Shown here: positions 60,801 through 64,000 of the stretch, one piece after another
Layout: each line of letters opens with the position of its first letter
Position numbering within the stretch: the first letter of the stretch is position 1
Source: an uncultured virus (IMG/VR IMGVR_UViG_3300028844_006632)
Lineage: Duplodnaviria > Heunggongvirae > Uroviricota > Caudoviricetes
Length of the DNA: 64,000 nt
Direction: 5' to 3' (one strand)
Virus record (IMG/VR): IMGVR_UViG_3300028844_006632
Position numbers and translations under genes: made by a program
The notes under the pieces: model-generated
Databases searched by the model: none
The model's input: only the letters and a program-made list of their open reading frames with translations
Told to the model about the DNA's origin: nothing

Positions 60801-61303
60801 TTTAGTATGATTTCAAATCTAGCACCATGCTTAAATGCTTTTTCATAACCGAACCTTGATTCTCCTGTTTTAAATAACTGACCAATCTCGGGTACATCTA
60901 AACTTAATTCATCATACTCTACATATTTTCCGTTTAAAAATCTTTTTGCAATAACTGCTTTTGGATCAACTGGCAAGCAAGCACCATTGTTTCCTACCAA
61001 ACAAACATATTTGTTATAGAATGTTTTTAAATCAGGTGCATTATTTTTATATGTAAAATATATTCTATTGAAAAAACTATCGTCTTCAATTTTTACTACA
61101 TTTTGAAGTATTCTGTTTCCTAACTGAGTTACATTATCATCATGATTTTCGTCGATAATTAGTGGATACTCTACTCGTTTAGTTTCACTAGAAAACCCAC
61201 CATTCCATTTATCGTATAGTGAACAATCGCATACATACTGATACTTTCCTTTGCTGGCCGCAGCCATGTATAGTTTTCTTGCGTTTTTAGTCAATAGGTT
61301 CAT
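57845..61303 (-). CDS. Large modular protein: two CBM5/12-like modules, two CC modules, LamG, Pro/Thr linkers
   Basis: YKDGDVVVHMGNLWAA...EPSKSIHW and YKWKSIVSYNGYLYQA...EPGKSHHW; LamG HHAHCV...LYLNG...LGRAN...MNGVI. Confidence 0.8.
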   Translation of the reverse strand: MNLLTKNARKLYMAAASKGKYQYVCDCSLYDKWNGGFSSETKRVEYPLIIDENHDDNVTQLGNRILQNVVKIEDDSFFNRIYFTYKNNAPDLKTFYNKYVCLVGNNGACLPVDPKAVIAKRFLNGKYVEYDELSLDVPEIGQLFKTGESRFGYEKAFKHGARFEIILNNKVRYRDLTRVIWNYYTDDYSGEKMLSVGSDLNLYKDGDVVVHMGNLWAAYGDINDADDEPSKSIHWEFLCSCERDMYRMETPTPTPSPTFTPTPTPTPSPTPTFEDIVCWCDEYAPWFPRAYKWKSIVSYNGYLYQAHDYQGTEAMDEPGKSHHWFQMCRCIELCYPPEICVRVEESTGWQIDMEHTGDDDCLGPTGSIEFTPENGIPAFTDDNRYINAIRFSYEGSSENPVHFGTKYFALYRNNTKFNIEDFTLIDPFGNEAQHAYCAGQNNKIASHGMTGNPEYMFEDDESNWGIPITSCGGYFTLFLRKPMDISAINKIVWKYDIGDNCGKRSVSFRTVRLNPHLNGGYKLVDPLQDWKVISSIRDAVDYRQAAYQQKFGENRLCQNKPIYSKRRPITTKMPLITFDLDNFNNLSTKIIKASELSSGVLACCDSYDNTIPTYGDNATRASVNGLGVKFFEAGGTLCYNNLDTESALAGQGSQYGVKIEVGGDSILGIINTVAPFINNEVVYVSPSGKYYKGKLESQSGFENMLEYAGECDDTPKSDPTPTPTPTPTSFNRIEPSISLETNSLNIIQRIWNDATDNLNNASISGDVSLAERVCELGINLQANGSFISFPTYKRNMPIISFGVVFEIRGNTVSTGEGNSDSQYIVFQQNNRTDDYEAFYLSYDKKSGQKGCLTLGVKNQSGIEYKISSSDDSIEWNDRHHAHCVIGDTSMSLYLNGVLIGTTEKSSGINYHPTHKMHLGRANAVGSNDDSYMNGVIYSFAFYEDELSAQYIEELYDSTICPATPTPTETPTITPTPTQTSIVETECREIRDDRTWTLLNSTFTSYASSCITEAVWENDASDAWQVIVEGEDCGEIECCRAWLNQYEVGPTIDTIVDGENQITIGKQLYGGVVCVDSGKGDVKNLLINEVSLYVDSDKAIGTIIFMGNVNEHTTIYFTIEDSTIAEKYGYPYLSGTCWSGEIEGDKCMLKELG

Positions 61304-61307
61304 AGCA

Positions 61308-61323
61308 CATAAATATATAAATA
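61308..61323 (-). promoter_or_regulatory. Tandem TATTTATA/TATTTATG motifs
   Basis: Exact motif 61316-61323 and variant 61308-61315, the latter 4 nt upstream of ATG 61303. Confidence 0.55.
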
Positions 61324-61383
61324 TTAGTGCTTCACTAAATTATACGACAAAAGAATAACAAACTAAAAAATCAAAGATTTTAA

Positions 61384-62301
61384 TTATTCCGAGGTAATTG
61401 ATGTACTTGCATCTTCTCCAAAAATAAAGGTTTCTCCGTCTTCATTACGAATAGAACCTTCAGGAATACCAAGAGATCTTATTTTACCTATTTGATTAAG
61501 AAAATCACCACTTCCGTTGTTTCCGGAAGAATTATTATATAACTCAGTTAAATTCTTGCTTGAGTTGGTCAACCAACGACCTTCACGTGTAAATGGTGTA
61601 TCTGCTAATACCCATTGTACTCCATCAAAGAATAAAAACCATGCTTCATCACATGATACATAAACAGGATTAGATTTGTAAAATGCAGTTTGACAATATA
61701 AACCATTTGCGTCAGCAACACCACCTGCAAGTTCAGTTACTTCTACACACTCCCAATTTATAGCAGTTTGTGTATATTCACTAAAAGATTCATTAAAATA
61801 TTCACCATATTGAGGAAGACAATTTTCATTTTCAAGATACTTTACATCTTTTGAAATTTCCGCACGAGAAGCAATCCACTTTTCAGTTTCAGACTCATAC
61901 CACACATACCAATCAACATCTCCTAGTTTTTTGTATATAGGTTTATCGTTTTTGAAAGAAGTTGTAATTACATAACGACCACCTTCTGCACCTGTTGTTG
62001 TGAAACTCTCAATAAAATTAGGAACTAATCGTCCTGCATCTTTTTGTACATGAGATAAAACCAAATCTTCAATATCAGAATCGTTGCTATTAAATAAAAT
62101 GCTACCTGTACCAGGTTCAAGATATTTCATAGCCGCATTGAAAGCACCGAACGCAGGAAACTTTGTAAATAAATTTCCTGATTTGGTTCTAACGATTACC
62201 GACTTAATAGAGTTTTTGTAATTAATTAACTCAATTCTGTCAATTTTGGAGTCGGCACTACCACCCCAAATCATACAAGTGCTTGCTTCAATTTTTGCCA
62301 T
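61384..62301 (-). CDS. Modular protein: divergent GWYG module plus two Trp-rich repeats
   Basis: IWGG...YLEPGTG; GRY...NDKPIY...WYVWY...W and GLY...SNPVY...WFLFF...W. Confidence 0.7.
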   Translation of the reverse strand: MAKIEASTCMIWGGSADSKIDRIELINYKNSIKSVIVRTKSGNLFTKFPAFGAFNAAMKYLEPGTGSILFNSNDSDIEDLVLSHVQKDAGRLVPNFIESFTTTGAEGGRYVITTSFKNDKPIYKKLGDVDWYVWYESETEKWIASRAEISKDVKYLENENCLPQYGEYFNESFSEYTQTAINWECVEVTELAGGVADANGLYCQTAFYKSNPVYVSCDEAWFLFFDGVQWVLADTPFTREGRWLTNSSKNLTELYNNSSGNNGSGDFLNQIGKIRSLGIPEGSIRNEDGETFIFGEDASTSITSE

Positions 62302-62304
62302 CTT

Positions 62305-62787
62305 TTATCCCGTAATTGTTGTGTCAATTCTTCCCATATCGACACCATCTGCACTTGGAATAAACCCTGGAATATCAACTTCCACATTGTTATTGTTAAT
62401 AATAACATACATTCTTCCACACGCAAGAATAGCATCACCATCTACATTTTTAGTAAAAACAATTGAAGACCTATTAGGAGTATTTGCTTTATCACCAAGA
62501 ATAGCAAGATTTCCCCAAAACGCATTTTCTTCTTTTTCAAGTGACCAAATTTGCGGAGCACCTGCAGCTGTATAACCAAATATAACGATTCCCTTAAGAT
62601 CATCCTCATCGTATTCGTCACGAATAGATCCACCTTTAACAAACTCTTTTACTTTCTGATCACCAGAGTCTTTCATGATATACGTTCCGATTTGCTCGGT
62701 AAGATTAAATGGATTGCATCCGTCTCCTCCAGCTTCATTGGTTGTTCCAAACCACCCGATTGAATATTTTGTTGTAATAATTGCCAT
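62305..62787 (-). CDS. Stand-alone GWYG module protein
   Basis: IGWFGT...CNPFNL...LACGRMYVII...IPGF; GAGGA SD. Confidence 0.75.
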   Translation of the reverse strand: MAIITTKYSIGWFGTTNEAGGDGCNPFNLTEQIGTYIMKDSGDQKVKEFVKGGSIRDEYDEDDLKGIVIFGYTAAGAPQIWSLEKEENAFWGNLAILGDKANTPNRSSIVFTKNVDGDAILACGRMYVIINNNNVEVDIPGFIPSADGVDMGRIDTTITG

Positions 62788-62820
62788 ATCTAAGTCCTCA
62801 TAGTATAAGTATTATAATAT

Positions 62821-64000
62821 TTATGTTTTAATCCAATCAAATTTCCAACTTTTTTTGAATTCATACATAATATCTTCGGTTGTTAATATTTTTTCATATA
62901 ATTTTACATCATCTATATAACCATAAAATGGATTTTTTGTACGACTCAATCCACCAATCGTAAATACATTATTATCAAACTCAAGTTCTATTTCTGTTAA
63001 TTTCTTTTTTTCTACTGCATTAACATAAAAAGTAAAAGTTTTGGATTCAACATCATAAGTAATTGTTAACATATTCCAAATATTTTTTTCTGTGATTAAT
63101 GCAATTTCGTTTGGTTTAGTGTTTGAACTCGTACCGATTCTTAAATCACCATTTGAAAATAACATAAATCCTTTTTCTGACACCAAATTCTCAGAATCAT
63201 ACATAGACAATAATACCGATTCTCCATCGTAAAAATCTTCTACGAGATACCACACATTTATTGTAAATGATTTATTTTCTAAATTTAATGAAACATTACA
63301 ATGTGAATCTCTGCCAAATAAATAAGTTGCATCTCCTTCGGACGGACTTAAAAATGTCGACTGAAGAGGATTTCCCACAAATTCACAATTTAAATGATTA
63401 TAGTTTCCTGAATTATCAAACACCACAAATGTTTCCGTTGCATTTTCATTTTTTCTATATGAATAAATTTCGTTAAATCTATACCATGCTACCATTTTAA
63501 AATAATCATCGTATTTTTCATGATTAAAACGATTTTCATCATAAAACTTTAACTCGGATGTGGTGACATTATTTAATATAAAAATTTCTGCAAATCTTAG
63601 TTTATCATCAACTGCTTCTGTAAACTCTGAATGTACAATTAGTGTATCACGCACAGGAATAATATTATATCCAAAATTTGTTTGATTATTGCTTTCCTTG
63701 AATAATCTGCTTACAAATACAAACTTGTTTAGTTCCTCTGAAAATTTATACCAATATACGATTCCTTGTTTTGTATTTGTTTCGTCTGTGTAAATACAAG
63801 AGATATACAAATTATTTGTTCCATCAGAAACTACTTTAGTTCCAAAGTTTCTAAGATTTAAAAACTCACTTCCAAACTCATCATAAGGTGGGGTTATTGT
63901 ATATGGTTCTCCGAGTGTAGTGTTTGATTCATCAAGTTCATATAATTTCATATACCCAATGCTTGCGTTTACACGTCCGATTGATCTAAATCTATCATCT
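62821..64000 (-). CDS. LamG-domain protein with FG-GAP-like repeats (5' end outside window)
   Basis: Frame stays open to the window edge (DDRFRSIGRVNASIGYMKLY...); AWYRFNE...DNSGN...SFTINVW...WNMLTITYD...FYGYIDDVKLYEKIL. Confidence 0.85.
   Translation of the reverse strand, partial: DDRFRSIGRVNASIGYMKLYELDESNTTLGEPYTITPPYDEFGSEFLNLRNFGTKVVSDGTNNLYISCIYTDETNTKQGIVYWYKFSEELNKFVFVSRLFKESNNQTNFGYNIIPVRDTLIVHSEFTEAVDDKLRFAEIFILNNVTTSELKFYDENRFNHEKYDDYFKMVAWYRFNEIYSYRKNENATETFVVFDNSGNYNHLNCEFVGNPLQSTFLSPSEGDATYLFGRDSHCNVSLNLENKSFTINVWYLVEDFYDGESVLLSMYDSENLVSEKGFMLFSNGDLRIGTSSNTKPNEIALITEKNIWNMLTITYDVESKTFTFYVNAVEKKKLTEIELEFDNNVFTIGGLSRTKNPFYGYIDDVKLYEKILTTEDIMYEFKKSWKFDWIKT

Noticed and set aside
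142..63476. All plus-strand ORFs and short nested minus-strand ORFs in the track
   Set aside because: They are shadows of long motif-bearing minus-strand genes and show no recognisable motifs
1..64000. Eukaryotic giant virus (NCLDV) origin
   Set aside because: Gene content is reminiscent, but Shine-Dalgarno sites, GTG starts and pervasive ATGA/TAATG coupling indicate prokaryotic polycistronic translation; disfavoured rather than disproved
29916..64000. True cellulosome or secreted CAZyme complex
   Set aside because: No signal peptides and no glycoside hydrolase catalytic domains recognised in these proteins
1..64000. Alternative genetic code, tRNA/rRNA genes, integrase or transposase
   Set aside because: Long ORFs tile the window under the standard code, gaps are short and AT-rich, and no such motifs were recognised by eye

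Overview
AT-rich window (roughly 30% GC by eye) in which every credible gene lies on the minus strand. Genes are tightly packed with ATGA/TAATG overlaps and occasional AGGAGA Shine-Dalgarno sites, and there are no housekeeping genes. This fits a large/jumbo bacteriophage best, but that is inference: no capsid, terminase or polymerase gene is in the window. There are two adjacent blocks. (1) 1-29.9 kb is a very large soluble glycosylation cluster: GDP-fucose pathway (gmd, fcl), GDP-mannose 3,5-epimerase, about 17 glycosyltransferase-type genes (GT8, GT11, NodZ/GT23-like, GT25, GT2/GT7-like, GT77-like, PLOD-type, GT31-like), five sulfotransferases, five DUF1796 paralogues, an SGNH hydrolase and a GHKL ATPase. 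It has no flippase, polymerase or obvious membrane protein. (2) 29.9-64 kb holds 14 Cys-rich, signal-peptide-free, probably structural proteins, most of them large. They are built combinatorially from a small set of recurring modules joined by Pro/Thr linkers, including paired dockerin-like repeats, cohesin-like beta domains, LamG, Ig-like, CBM5/12-like and BspA modules. The leading hypothesis is a cellulosome-like, self-glycosylated (fucosylated/sulfated) modular virion-surface assembly. Also found by direct reading: a conserved TATTTATA upstream motif, an in-frame internally deleted GT25 mini-gene, a perfect ~250-bp duplication with a 16-nt frameshifting deletion, and a start-codon-sequestering hairpin. 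All family calls come from motif recognition by eye, not database searches.
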